This document shows, in pieces, positions 40,008 to 53,316 of a DNA stretch of 64,000 bases; position 1 is the first letter of the stretch; each line of letters opens with the position of its first letter. Source of the stretch: Octopus vulgaris (taxonomy: Eukaryota). The notes beneath the pieces are model-generated. The model saw only the letters and a program-made list of their open reading frames with translations. It was not told where the DNA came from and did no database searches. The stretch spans positions 110,670,001-110,734,000 of the forward strand of contig OX597814.1 of assembly GCA_951406725.2 (NCBI GenBank). The letters are read 5' to 3'. The position numbers and the translations under genes are program-made.

Positions 40008-40039
40008 TACTGCTGCCACCACTGCCGCTGCTGCTGCTG

Positions 40040-40074
<35 letters not shown>

Positions 40075-40640
40075 GCTAATGCTACCACCACCACCACCAC
40101 CACCAATGCACAACCACTACCACAGCAACAACAACAACCACCATAACAACCACCACCACCACCACCACAACAACAACTACCACCATCATCACCACCAACA
40201 CCCTCGCCTTCTCTCCCACCATCACCACTATCATTACTGTTGTTGCTGCTACTGTTGCTGCTACTACTACTACTACTACTACTATTACTACTACTACTAC
40301 TAACTACTGCTGCTACCACCACCACCACCACTACCACCACCACCACTACCACCACCACCACTACCACCACCACCACTATTAATACTGTTATAACCCTTCT
40401 AAACCACTAAAACCACAATTGCTGCTACGAGTACCACCAGCACCAGTGCCACCACTGCCACGGTCACTAAGGCCATTATTGCTACTACCACTGCCACCAT
40501 CACCACCACCACTGCCGTTACCTTTACTACCAGTGCCACCACCACTGCCATTGTCACCACTCTCCACGAGGACAATGATGATGATGATGATGATGACAAC
40601 GACTTTGACCACTATGATGATAGTGGTGACAATGACTTCT
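40008..40640. repeat. Mixed (CTA/CCA/CAA/CTG/GAT)n low-complexity tract
   Basis: Directly visible; source of several homopolymer ORFs. Confidence 0.85.
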
Positions 40641-41853
40641 AGAAGTGATGACACAATCCAGAGTACCAGTCAATGCTCCCCCCCCCACTCACACAGTAAA
40701 ATTTGGTGACTCAATATTAATGAATGAAATTCTTGCCAAGACTGACCCTGTGTTTCCTTCCCTTCACAGTTGATATCAAGCGACACAGTGAAGGGAGGCT
40801 TTTATGTGGTCATTTGACCTGCTAGAAATAGTAACCAATGCTCTTTAATATTACAAACTATTATTTAAAAAAAATTTTTTTTTTACTCTAGGCACAAGGC
40901 CTCAAATTTTGGTGGAGGGGGCCAGTCAATTAGATCGACCCAGTACGAAACTGGTACTTAATTTATCGACCCTGAAAGGATGAAAGGCAATGTCAATCTC
41001 AGCGGAATTTGAACTCAGAACATAAAGACAGAAGAAATATGCTAAGCGTTAAGCCGGGTGTGCTAACGTTTCTGCCAGCATGCCGCCTTCACACACATAT
41101 CCTTTTCTACTCTCAGGCACAAGGCTCAAACTTTTGGGGGAGGGGGCCAGTCGATTAGATTGACCCAGTACGAAACTGGTACTTAATTTATCAACCCTAA
41201 AAGGATGAAAGGCAAAGTCAACCTTGGTAGAATTTGAACTCCGAACGTAAAGACAGACGAAATATGCTAAGCGTTTCACCAACCATGCTAACGTTTCTGC
41301 CAGCTCCCTTCCTTACAAACTATTATTTTTGAAGAGAAACTGTGTGGTTTCAAGCTCAGTCTCTAATACAACCCTAGATTGACCAAACCCTTTGTGAGTG
41401 GATTGGATAGACCAGAAAAAAAGGTGCTTATTTTTTTATATATCATCATCATCATCTAATTCTTTTATTCTTTCACTTGTTTTCAGTCATTTGACTACTG
41501 CCATGTTGGAGCACCACCTTTAGTTGCACAAATCTACCCCATAGGACTTATCATTTGTAAGCCTAGTACTTATTCTATCGGTCTCTTTTGCCAAACCGCT
41601 AAGTTTCGGGGATGTAAACACACCAACATTGGTTGTCGAGCAATGGAGGCGGGGACAAACACAAACACACACACATACACACACACACGCATGTATATAT
41701 GACAGGCTTCTTTCAGTTTCCATTTGCCAAATCCACTTACAATGCTTTGGTCAGCCCAAGGCTACAGTAAGAAGACACTTGCCCAAGGTGCCATGCTGAG
41801 GAACTGAACATGGAACCATGTGATTGGGAAGCAAGCTTCTTACCACACACCCA

Positions 41854-41958
<105 letters not shown>

Positions 41959-42733
41959 CTTCTTTCAGTTTCCATCTACCAAATCCACCTCACAATACTT
42001 TGGTCAGCCTGAGGCTATAGTAGAGGACACTGGCCCAAGGTGCCATGCAGTGGGACTGAACATGGAACCATGTGGTTAGGAAGCAAGCTTCTTATCATAC
42101 AGCCACTCCTGTGCCTAATGTCTACTTTTCCAAGCTCGCATGGGTCAAAAGGAATTTGTTGAGGCAGATTTTCTGTTGCCAGCCCTTAACTATTTTGCAG
42201 CAATGTAATATTGGTTTCAGATTTTGGCACAAGGCCAGCAGTTTTGTGGGAGATGGGTTAGTTGATTGCATTGACCTCAGTTCTTGACTGGTTCTTATTT
42301 CATCGACCCTGAAAGGATGATAGGCTAAGTTGACCTCAGCAGAAATTGAATTCAGAACATAAAGATGAACAAAATTCCGCTAAGCATTTTGGCCAGCATG
42401 CTAACATATCTGCCAACTTGCCACCTTGATGCAAGGTAATATTGGCCAGACATATTTTCATGGAAGACAGCAAATAAAAAAACATTGATTGTATGATGGT
42501 AATGCTTATTTATAACCATCACATGATGGCAAAATAAAGGCACACACTCACAGAAAGACACGCACACTCACACACACACACACACACACAGATATATGAG
42601 GGGCTTCTTTCAGTTTTCATCTTCCAAATCCACTCACTAAACACTTGTCCAAGGTGGTATGCAGTGGGATAGAACCTTAGGCCACATGGTTGGGAAGTAA
42701 GCTTTTTAACCACACAGCCATACCTGTGTGTGC

Positions 42734-42764
<31 letters not shown>

Positions 42765-43432
42765 TGTGCGTGTGTGTTTGCACAAGTATAGCTAGAGTGT
42801 GTGCCATCCAGAGTGAATTTCCATTTTACACCCCCAGACCCCACAAAAAACACATATTGCCTACAACAGACCCAAAAGTGGTGTCCCTTTAAAAGTGCCG
42901 CTAGGAGTGGACCACCCCACTCTCCACACAAACATGTCCAGGCTGCCTGTTGTCCTCTCACTGGAAAATTATTACCATACTTGGAAAGAGGTGAGGTTGT
43001 GCATCAGGAAGGGCATCTGAATGTAGAAAACAAGCATGGAAGAGGGGACATTAAAATGATGATAATGATGGATTTAGTGGGAAACCCCTGCATGACACCT
43101 ATATTCTTATGCAGAATCCTTGCGCACGTCTTAAGCAGGTACTTCAAGGCATTGAATGAAGGACACTACTGCTGGAAACACTGCCAGGTCCTCAAGGCCG
43201 TTGCTGAGACAATCAACAAGAGGTTCAGCAACAACAAAAATGCCAGCACTATAACCAGAAGATTATCTTTTATCAAAAGAAAGAGATGCTAATGAAAAGA
43301 CCCAAGAATAGCTCCAGGGGATTGCTTTGCACAGCATTAGAGTGGGTGACAGATCTGGAGGAACAGCTTAAGTTTCCAGCACACATCACCGACACCTTGG
43401 TTGAGATTAGATATCTTTATTTCCAAGGTAAT

Positions 43433-44005
43433 TGTTGTAAAGCGATCTTTTACCACTGTTGTATCTGTTCTTTGATGACAGTTGTCAGTCCAACAGATAT
43501 TGTTATATTACAAAGTCATCGATAGAATGGGTCTATCAGGTACCCCCAGATACATGACCCCCAGTCGTACAGTGTTGTTATCCTCAAAAGGTTGGATCAT
43601 TATAACGTCCACTCAGTCATCATCATCATACTCATCACCATCATCGTTTAACGTCCGTTTTCCATGCTAGCATGGGTTGGACGGTTCAACTGGGGTCTGG
43701 GAAGCCAGGAGGCTGCACCAAGCTCCAATCTGATCTGGCAGGGTTTCTACAGCTAGATGCTCTTCCTAACGCCAACCACTCCGTGAGTATGGTGGGTACT
43801 TTTTTCCTGCGAACCTGGCAATGGCCACGATCGGTTGGCGCTTTCAATCGTGGCCCAGCACAGACATGACTATCAACACAGTCTACATGTACTCTTGTAC
43901 TCTTGACCTTCTGAACTTCTCCTGTTGACCAGCTACTGGTCTATTTATAATGGCTGGCTACTACCACTTTTTATCGGGAGGGGTGTACAGTTTCATTATA
44001 CAACA
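43433..44005. mobile_element. Second solo LTR copy, nested in the Hero-like element and itself interrupted by a (GAT)n-tail element
   Basis: TGTTGTAAA...TATACAACA, homologous in reverse to 37784-38102; decayed flanks gtaat/gtagc; insertion at about 43617-43855. Confidence 0.75.
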
Positions 44006-44089
44006 GTAGCACGGCAGCTAGTCCTACTGGAGTTAAATGTGTCCTGGGAGGAGGCTCAAGTGAAGGAAAGAGTTAAGTACCAGAAGCTG

Positions 44090-44402
44090 GGTGGAGGCAC
44101 ATGGCCAATTGGTTAGAGCAGTAGACTCGTGGTCAAGGGATTATGGGTTCGAATCTCAGGCTAGGCAATGTGTGTATTTATTAGTAAAACACCTAAGCTC
44201 CACATAGCTCTGGCAGAAGGTAATAGCAAATTTCTGCTGACTCTTTCACCACAACTTTTTCTCACTCTTTCCTCCTGCATCTAGCAGGTCACCTGCGACG
44301 AAACGGTGTCCCATCGAGGTGGGGAACCTATACTCCAATGAAACCAGGAAACCAGCCCTTATGAGCCAGGAACGACTCAATAAGGAACAAATAACAGCAA
44401 TG
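44090..44402 (+). mobile_element. tRNA-derived SINE with 11-bp TSD inside the Hero-like ORF
   Basis: TSD accagaagctg at 44079-44089 and 44403-44413; B box ggttcgaatc. Confidence 0.85.
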
Positions 44403-47244
44403 ACCAGAAGCTGATGGACGACTGCTACAAGAATGGGTAGAAAGCAATGTGTTTACCAGTGTAGGATGGCAGTTGAGGGTTTTCAGGATGCACTCTAAGT
44501 AAGGCCTATAGAACTCTTGGCATTTCAGGTGCTTGCAGAAGAAGAGCTGTCAAGAACAATGTAGAGGCTACCGAGAAAGAATCTAAGTGGCTCTAGTTGA
44601 AAAGATCTGGTCAGTGAGGTCAGTAGAATGCTGTCTGGATACAGGCCTAGGATCGATCTATGTTGGGTCACCTAGATGAGGATGTATAGAAGACTCAAAA
44701 CATATGGTGACACCTCAAAAGCATTGCATCTGTTGGTTTATATTGAACAACTTTAGATATGTTCTGTTAAAGTACTGTTTTAGACATGTACTTTTGAAGT
44801 TCAGTTTTAGATATGCATTATTGTTGGAGTAAGTCCTGATGGAATATGGTTTTAGACATGTACTCTCTCTCTCTCTTTCACTCTGTCTCTGGCCAGGTAA
44901 CCATGTACCTCCTCTACAGTAAAACACCTGTTTCTGTCTCTCTATCTCTCTGTCATACCCTAACCTTTCATCATCTGACACAAGATCACCTCCTCCAATG
45001 CCCCTCCCTCTAAAAGATTCCTTGTCTTGAAAGTTACTTGGTGATGCTGCCAGTGCTGGTGCTACGTAAAAAGCATCCAGTCCACACTGTAAATTGGTTG
45101 ACATTTGGAGTGGCATCCAGCTGTAAAAACCATGCCAAAACTGGTCTTGCTTGTGCTGGTGCCATGTAAAAAACACTCAGTCTGCTCTGTAGGGTGGTTG
45201 GTGTTAGGAAGGGCATCCAGTCATAAAAAACATGTCAAAACAAACACAGAAGTCTGGTGCAGGCTTCTGCCTGGCTGGCTCCTGTCAAACTGTCCCACCC
45301 ATGCCAGCATGGAAGGCAGACGTTAAACAATGATGATGATGATGTGTGCATTACTAAAGCAAATACTAATGTATATGTGGTTTATTATAATATAAATGCA
45401 AATATATATGTGTGTATATGTGTTACTACTGTATATATGTGTATTACTAATGTAATATATATTTTTATTGTGATGTGTAAATAAATAAATAGTCTATGAT
45501 ACTGATTTATTTTTACAAGTTCACACTTTTAATTAATTTTGAATATAACAAAGAATTTAGTAAAATAACTTAGTTATCATTCAGCTAGTGTTAGGAACAT
45601 AAATTATGACTAGGGTTTGGTGGAAGATTTTTATTCAAAACTTATGAAAACAAGACATCTGTACTACAGAGCTAGAGGCAATTCAGCTGGGTTGGTTTTG
45701 AAAGGGTTAAGGTACTGCCTTGAAGAATTTTAGAATCAACCATAATAATAATTTTTTTCAGTCTGGTACTTATTCTGTCAGTTGCTTTTACCGAACTGCT
45801 AAGTTACAAGGATATAGACACGCCAACACTGGTTCTCAACTGGTGATGAGAGACACACACACACACACACACACACGCGCATGATAAGCTTCCTCTCTTC
45901 TTCTAGTTTCCATCTACCATATCCATGCACAATGCTTTAGTCAGCCCAATGCTATAGTTGAAGACAGTTGCTCAAGGTGCCAGGCAGTGGGACTGAACCT
46001 GGAACCATGTGTTTGAAACGTAAACTTCTTACCACACAAAGCCACGCCTGTAATCAAAATAAAAGAAACAAAAAAAAAAACTGTTCCTTATTTCATGAGT
46101 AAATGATGTCATGGTCCAAATGTCAGGTGTCGGGGTTGTACACACAATTGCTTATGTGTCTGTCAGTTTAGGGTCAATGTATGTGTTCATGGATACAGCA
46201 GTTATGTAATCTACACATTACATAACTGAACGATGTGTCAGATGAAGAAAAATTCCTGAAAGCCAACAACCAAAGAAGTGTGAGCGTGTGGATGGAGGTA
46301 TTTCAAAATATTAAGGTCTCAATTAATGAACTGATTCTAGATGTTTCTTAGACTTTCAAATTCCCAGAGACAGTAATATGGTTTAAAGCAGCGTTTATGA
46401 TGCTTTTTATATTTTTAAGTAAAAAAAAATTTTTACATGTGAGCATCATTTGTAATCTATATACATATATATATATATATTATATATTTTTATTTGTTTC
46501 AGTCATTTGATGCGGCCATGCTGGAGCACCGGCTTTAGTCAAACAAATCGACTCCAGGACTTATTCGTTGTAAGCCTAGTACTTGTTCTATTGGTCTCTT
46601 ATGCTGAACTGCTAAGTTACAGGGACATAAATCCACTGCCATCGGTTGTCAAGTGATGCTGGGGGGACAAACATATACATATATATATATACTCTTTTAC
46701 TTGTTTCAGTCATTTGACTTTGGCCAAGCTGGAGCACCACCTTTAGTCAAGCAAATCACCCACAGGACTTATTCTTTGTAAGCCTGGTACTTATTCTATC
46801 AGTCACTTTTGCCGAACCACTAAGTTACGGGGATCTAAACACACCAGCATCGGTTGCCAAGTGATGTTGGGGGCACAAACACAGACACACAAACATATAC
46901 ACACACATACATACACATATATATATATAGATATATGCATATATATGACGAGTTCTGTTCAGTTCCCGTCTACCAAATCCACTCACAAGGATTTGGTCGG
47001 CCCAAGGCTATAGCAGAAGACCTTGCACCATGTGATTGGAAAGCCATGTGAATAAGGGGACACAATCCAATGGTAGAGAGAGATTTATGAATCAGGTCCT
47101 CCAAAGCAGTTGGAAGGACATAGGGTCCATGTGAGTGTGTAGTGAATGGTCAATTTAAAAAAAAACACAGAAAAAGAAAATGACAGACAAACGTTTGGGC
47201 ATGGCACAAGCAATATATTAATAAGACACTCACACACACACTCA

Positions 47245-47300
<56 letters not shown>

Positions 47301-47327
47301 TTTGCTTCAAAACTACATGGTTTAGAG

Positions 47328-48107
47328 CAGAGATTTTCAAACTTTTGGGCCACTGCACCCCTCATGGCCACATAATACCCTCAGTGCCCCCACCCCTATT
47401 TTTATGTATAAATAAATATTTTATATTTTACTAAATTATATGTACTATGAATCATTTGATATTTAATATGTTATATAATTTGTATACATCATCATCATCA
47501 TTGTTTAATGTCCGATTTCCATGCTAGCATGGGTTGGACGATTTGACTGAGGGCTGGTGAGCCAGATGGCTGCACCAGGCTCCAATCTTGATCTGGCAGA
47601 GTTTCTACAGCTGGATGCCCTTCCTAACGCCAACCACTCCGAGAGTGTAGTGGGTGCTTTTACGTGCCACTGGCACTGGGGTCAGTCAGGCGGTACTGGC
47701 AATGACGTTTTTGCACATTCCACTGGCACAGGTGCCAGTAAGGCGACGCTGGTAACGATCATGCTTGAATGGTGCCTTTTATGTGCCAACGGTACGGAAG
47801 CCAGTTAGCCGCTCTGGCAACAATCATGCTCGGATGGTGCTCTTAGTACCCTACTAGCATGAGGCACAAGTGCCGGTAAGGCAACGCTGGTAACGATCAT
47901 ACTCGAATGGTGCCTTTTATGTGCCACTGGCACGGAAGCCGGTTCACTATAATAATATTATAATAAATTCATAGTGTTCCCTAATCTACTGCCTTCCTCC
48001 CAAAACCTCCTTTTTCTCTACTGCCCCCTTAGGCACCAGTGCCCACCTGGACTGTCTCAACACCCACTGGCAGAGGGGGGCGGTAGCACCCACTTTGAGA
48101 ACCTATG
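47328..48107. mobile_element. hAT MITE with perfect 8-bp TSD
   Basis: GTTTAGAG at 47320-47327 and 48108-48115; termini cagagattttcaaac / ctttgagaacctatg. It sits in a SINE head and contains a nested (GAT)n-tail element at about 47487-47945. Confidence 0.8.
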
Positions 48108-48296
48108 GTTTAGAGTTTCAGTACCAATGTGTGGCACCTTGGTAAATCTTTCCTATTATTGTCCCGAGTTGACCAAAGCCTTGTGAGTGGATTTGGTAGA
48201 CAAAAACTAAAAGAAATCCATCATATATGTATGTGTATATGTATATACATACATACATACATATACAAACATATATATATATATATATATATATAT

Positions 48297-48913
48297 CATT
48301 ATCATCATCAATGTTTAACATCCGCTTTCCATACTGGCATGGGTTGGATGGTTTGACTGAAGACTGGCAAGCCAGAAGGCTGCACCTGGCTCCAATCTGA
48401 TCTGACAAAATTTCTACAGCTAGATGCCCTTCCTAATGGCATGGGAGCCAGTCAGGAAGCACTGGCAACAATCATGCTCAAAAGGTGCTTTTTACGTGCC
48501 ACCAACATGGGACCAGTCATGCGCACAGGCATCAACCACACTTGAATGGTGCTTTTTATGTGACAATCAGACGGTACTGACATCGGCCATGAAAATGACT
48601 TCACTTGACTCAACAGGTCTTTGCAAGTGCAGTTTATTGCCCAATGATTGAAAGTACTCTTAAATGGGCCAGTTATTCTGCACTGGCATAGGCCACAGTT
48701 ATGGTCTTACTTGGCTTGCCAGGTCTTTTCAAGCACAGCATATCTCCAAAGGTCCCGGTCACTTGTCATCACCTCCATGAGGCCCAACATTCAAAGGTCG
48801 TGCTTCACCACCTCGTCCTAGGTGTTCCTGGCTCTGCCTCTTCCACAGGTTCCATCAGCTGCTAGGGTGTGGTACTTTTTCACACAGCTGTCCACATCCA
48901 TTCACGCCACATG
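48297..48913 (-). mobile_element. RTE-clade LINE 3' end: ORF2 C-terminus, 3'UTR and (GAT)n tail
   Basis: 48913-48707 translates as HVA*MDVDSCVKKYHTLAADGTCGRGRARNT*DEVVKHDL*MLGLMEVMTSDRDLWRYAVLEKTWQAK*, matching the GRGRP.KTW...D...DR..WR C-terminus of RTE elements. Confidence 0.85.
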
Positions 48914-48996
48914 GATAATTTTTGAGAGATTTCTCTCTACATGAAACCATCGATAGCCTTGTTAATTCACAAATTGTGTGTGTGTGTGTGTGTGTG

Positions 48997-49027
<31 letters not shown>

Positions 49028-49323
49028 TTCTGTATGAGTTAAGTAACCATCTAAAGGATATTAAATATGCCATATACAACTGGATGTGTACCTACATATT
49101 TTTATCCAAGTGCTTACTATTGCATGGCAATATTGCAATTGAATACTAGGTATGGGTGGGGGTAAATTGGAAATTTACCCAGGATTTATAAAGCAAATAA
49201 GAAAATGGAGAGGATATAAAATCAACAATGTTTACTGGCTGATGTTTGTCAATTTTATATCTTCTCCATTTTCTTATTTGCCTTATATATATCTATATCT
49301 ATATCTATATCTATATCTATCTA

Positions 49324-49385
<62 letters not shown>

Positions 49386-50118
49386 AAGCTAAAAGTATAA
49401 AGAAGCAAACAGCTGTTTTCAGGTTAGATTCTAACGTATATTTAAATGAGAGTTGAGATGTTATGTAAGTATAGGTCATAAGGAAGAAAGAAGTTGTACC
49501 TATAGTCTCCTACTTCCTGTTCTGTGGCCTATACTCTGGTTACAAGTTAACCTTCATATTTATATATATATGTCACATTCTGACCTGACACTAGTTGCTT
49601 GCTTGTTTATACTTTAATTCTATTACACACGTTCCTGCACAACAGATAAACTGGCTATAGCCAATCGTTGTTTGGCAGCTAAAACATCCTTGTTGTTTTG
49701 TTGAAGTTCAAGATGGATTTTTAATTTTATGTGCCTATTGCCTTATATCATCAGACATATTACTACCTGAATTCTCTATCTCTCTTTCTATTTATATATG
49801 CTTCTGTGTGTCATGCAAACAGTGTCTTTTGTTTCCAGTCTTTCTTGAAGATGTCTGGTCTTGGGGCAATGACACCTTGGTGACAGGAAGGGCATCCTGC
49901 CATAGAAGAGATACCTCTATAAATTCCATTAAAAATAATGATGATGATGATAGGTGCAGGAGTGGTTGTGTGATAATTAGCTTGTTTACCGACCACATGG
50001 TTCCAGGTTCAGTCCTCACTGTGTGGCACCTTGGGCAAGTTCTTCTAATATAGCCTTGGGCCAACCAAAACCTTGTGAGCAGATTTGGTAGACGGAAACT
50101 GAAAGAAGTCCATTATAC

Positions 50119-50161
<43 letters not shown>

Positions 50162-50434
50162 TGTGTCTGTGTTTGTCACTACCAATATCACTTGACAATC
50201 AATGCTGGCATGTTTACGTCCCCGTAACCTAGCGGTGCTCTAGCATGGCTGCAGTTAAATGAATGAAACAAGTAAAAGAATAAAGGATAATACACTAAAT
50301 CTAATTTAATTTTTATCAAATTACCCATATTTGCCAAAGTATACTTTAAAAGTTACTCAGGATACGATGAGTAGCCTTTTTGTAATAATAATAATAATAA
50401 TAATAATAATATGGCATGAACTGCTCTCTCACTC

Positions 50435-50470
<36 letters not shown>

Positions 50471-50700
50471 CCTTTCTACTATTAGGCACAATGCCTGAAA
50501 TTTGGGGAAGAGGGCTAGTCGATTACATCGACCCCAGTGCTTGACTGATATCTAATCTATTGACCCCGGAATGATGAAAGGCGAAGTTGACCTTGGCGGC
50601 ATTTGAACTCAGACCATAACGACAGGCAAAATACTGCTAAGCATTTTGCCCAGCATGCTAATGATTCTGTCAGCTTGCCGCCTTAGTAATAATAATAATA

Positions 50701-51138
50701 TGGGATTTTATGATTCAGTGCGACCATGAGATAGAAAGTAGTAAGCTGGACATAGTCTTAATTGACAAAGAAAACAAACTATGCTGGATCATAGATATAG
50801 CATGCCCAGCTGACAACAAGGTATGCGATCAGGAAGAAAGAAAAGTTGAGAGATATGACAGGTTAGCTTGGGAATTTTTTAAACAGGTGTGGTCGATGAA
50901 AAGATAGCAGTAGTATCAATAATTGTCAGAACACTGGGAACAGTGAGCAAAAATCTCAAGAAGTACGTGGAACAAATAGGGGCTGAATAAGGGGGGAGCA
51001 CTTGCAGAAAACAGCACTGCTTGGAACTGCCTGAATACTCCAGAAGGTGCTTGAAAAATGAGAGGTGTTACCTTAGTTCATTGGTAGTGATCAGCTGACA
51101 CCATAGTACATCTCCAGCGTTAGAAGCTGTACAAAGGC
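50701..51138 (+). mobile_element. R4/Dong-like non-LTR retrotransposon 3' end (restriction-like endonuclease) inserted in (TAA)n
   Basis: WDFMIQCDHEIESSKLDIVLIDKENKLCWIIDIACPAD..EERKVERYDRLAWE...IIV.TLGTVSKNL...LQKTALLGTA*ILQKVL, with frameshifts; TAA repeats on both sides. Confidence 0.88.
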
Positions 51139-51163
51139 AATAATAATAATAATACTGATCATG

Positions 51164-51855
51164 GTGAATAGTTTTGATACTCTAGAATGATTGAATGATT
51201 ATGTGATGCAGCTGCACCATTCTATGCAAATAAATATTTTAGCAGTGAAGGTCACTTCTGGAAAGTCATTAACTATTCTGAACAGAGGCATTTTCTGGTT
51301 TAAAACAAGTCAAATTTTTGCAGTGTAGATGTCTGCTCACCACAAAAGGTAATCAGAGACTGTCAGGCCCCTGTTTCTTTTACTTTACAAAAGTGGAGGC
51401 ATGTAGCTTAGCGATTAGGGTATTCAGCTTGTGATCAAAAGGTCGTGATTTCGACTCCCAGCAGGGCATTGTGGCCTTGAGCAAGACACTTTATTTCATT
51501 TTGTTGCAGGTGAATAGTTTTGATACTCTAGAATGATTGAATGATTATGTGATGCAGCTGCACCATTCTATGCAAATAAATATTTTAGCAGTGAAGGTCA
51601 CTTCTGGAAAGTCATTAACTATTCTGAACAGAGGCATTTTCTGGTTTAAAACAAGTCAAATTTTTGCAGTGTAGATGTCTGCTCACCACAAAAGGTAATC
51701 AGAGACTGTCAGGCCCCTGTTTCTTTTACTTTACAAAAGTGGAGGCATGTAGCTTAGCGATTAGGGTATTCAGCTTGTGATCAAAAGGTCATGATTTCGA
51801 CTCCCAGCAGTGCATTGTGGCCTTGAGCAAGACACTTTATTTCATTTTGTTGCAG
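51164..51855. repeat. Tandem duplication, 2 x 346 bp, nearly identical
   Basis: 51164-51509 versus 51510-51855; by eye only two substitutions (ggtcgtg/ggtcatg and gcagggc/gcagtgc). Confidence 0.92.
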
Positions 51856-52084
51856 TTCACTCAGCTGGCAAAAATGAGCCTTGTTACATTCTGTGTCACA
51901 CTGAATCTCACTGAGAGCTATCTGTCTGTGGAGTACTCAACCACTTGTGCATTAATTTCATGAGCAGGCTGTTCTGTTGATCGGATAAACTGGATCACTC
52001 ACCATCACGACCAATAGAATGCCAGTTACTTTAGAAAAGGGAACGTTGTGTTTAATTAATGCAAACCAATATTATTTTCAAATA

Positions 52085-52558
52085 AGGGTGGCGAGCTGGG
52101 AGAATCATTAGTATGCTCGGCGATATGCCTAGCAGTATTTCATCTGCCAGTATTTCGTTCTGAGTTCAAATTCCGCCGAGGTCAACTTTACCTTTTATCC
52201 TTTCGGGGTTGATTAAATAAATACCAGTTATGCACTGGGGTCGATGTAATTAACTTAATCCTTTTGTCTGTCCTTGTTTGTCCCCTCTATGTTTAAACCC
52301 CTGTGGGTAATAAATAATCCCATTAAAGGTGGCGAGCTGGCAAAGATGTTAGCATGCTGGGCAAAATGCCTAGTGGTATTTCATCTGCCATTATGTTCTG
52401 AGTTCAAATTCCGCTGAGGTTGACTTTGCCTTTCGTCCTTTTGGGGTTGATTAAATAAGTACCAGTTACGCACTGGGGTTGATGTAATCAACTTAATCCC
52501 TTTCTCTGTCCTTGTTTGTCTCCTCTATGTTTAGCCTCCAGTGGGCAATAACGAAATA
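52085..52558 (+). mobile_element. Nin/Deu-domain SINE dimer
   Basis: Two head-to-tail ggtggcgagctgg...gagttcaaattccg...ctttcggggttgattaaataa.tacc units; atattattttcaaataag flanks both sides (likely TSD). Confidence 0.8.
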
Positions 52559-53316
52559 AATATTATTTTCAAATAAGAACTTACAACTGAAGACACCTCA
52601 ATTGAGTATGGCATGATTGTGTGGTTAAGAATCCGTGTGGCTTAGTCCCACTGTTTCCACTGCACATAAAAAGCACCTTTTGAGCATTGGGCCTCACTGA
52701 GGCAATGGGGTTGATGCCAGTGTTGTGTATCTGGCATGTAAAAGGCACCTCTCAAGCACTGAGCCTCATGGAGGCAATGACAAATGACCAAGACCTTTGG
52801 CAATATGCTGTGCTTGAGAAGAAGACCCATCAAGTCAAGTGAAATCATAGTCATGGCAGATACTGGTGTCATGCAACTTGTACCCATGCTGGTGGCATGT
52901 AAAAGCAACCATTACATTCTCAGAGTGTTTGGTGTTAGCAAGGGCATTCAGCTGTAGAAAACATGTCACACAAGACTGGAGTCTGATGCAGTCCTTCAGC
53001 TTACCAGCCTTGGGCAAACCATCCAACCCATGCCAGCACAGACTAAGAGTGTTAAATGATGATGATGATGCTACATATAAACATATATATATGCATGTGT
53101 TTGTTCCTTAACATTTTATGACAACTGGTGTTGGTTTGTTTACATCCTTGTAACTTAGTGGTTCAGTTAAAGAGACTGATAGGATAAGTACAAGACTTAA
53201 AAATAAGTACAGTGTTCGATTTCAACAAAACCCTTCAAGGTGGTACTGTAGCATGGCCATGATCTCAATGACTAAAATAAGTAAAAAGATGAATGAAGGT
53301 AACGTTTGGTCTAGTG

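Larger units (their letters stand above)
43085..44730 (+). mobile_element. Decayed Hero/NeSL-like non-LTR retrotransposon 3' end (RLE domain), split by insertions
   Basis: Collinear fragments LAHVLSRYFKALNEGHYCWKHCQVLKAVAETI, GLLCTALEWVTDLEEQLKFPAHITDT, RQLVLLELNVSWEE..KYQKL, and MDDCYKNG*KAMCLPV..GFSG.TLSKAYRTLGISGACRRRAVKNNVEATEKESKWL*LKR. Confidence 0.8.

Noticed and set aside
46198-46229. Perfect 12-bp stem cagttatgtaat/attacataactg
   Set aside because: Too short for a pre-miRNA and plausible by chance in AT-rich DNA.
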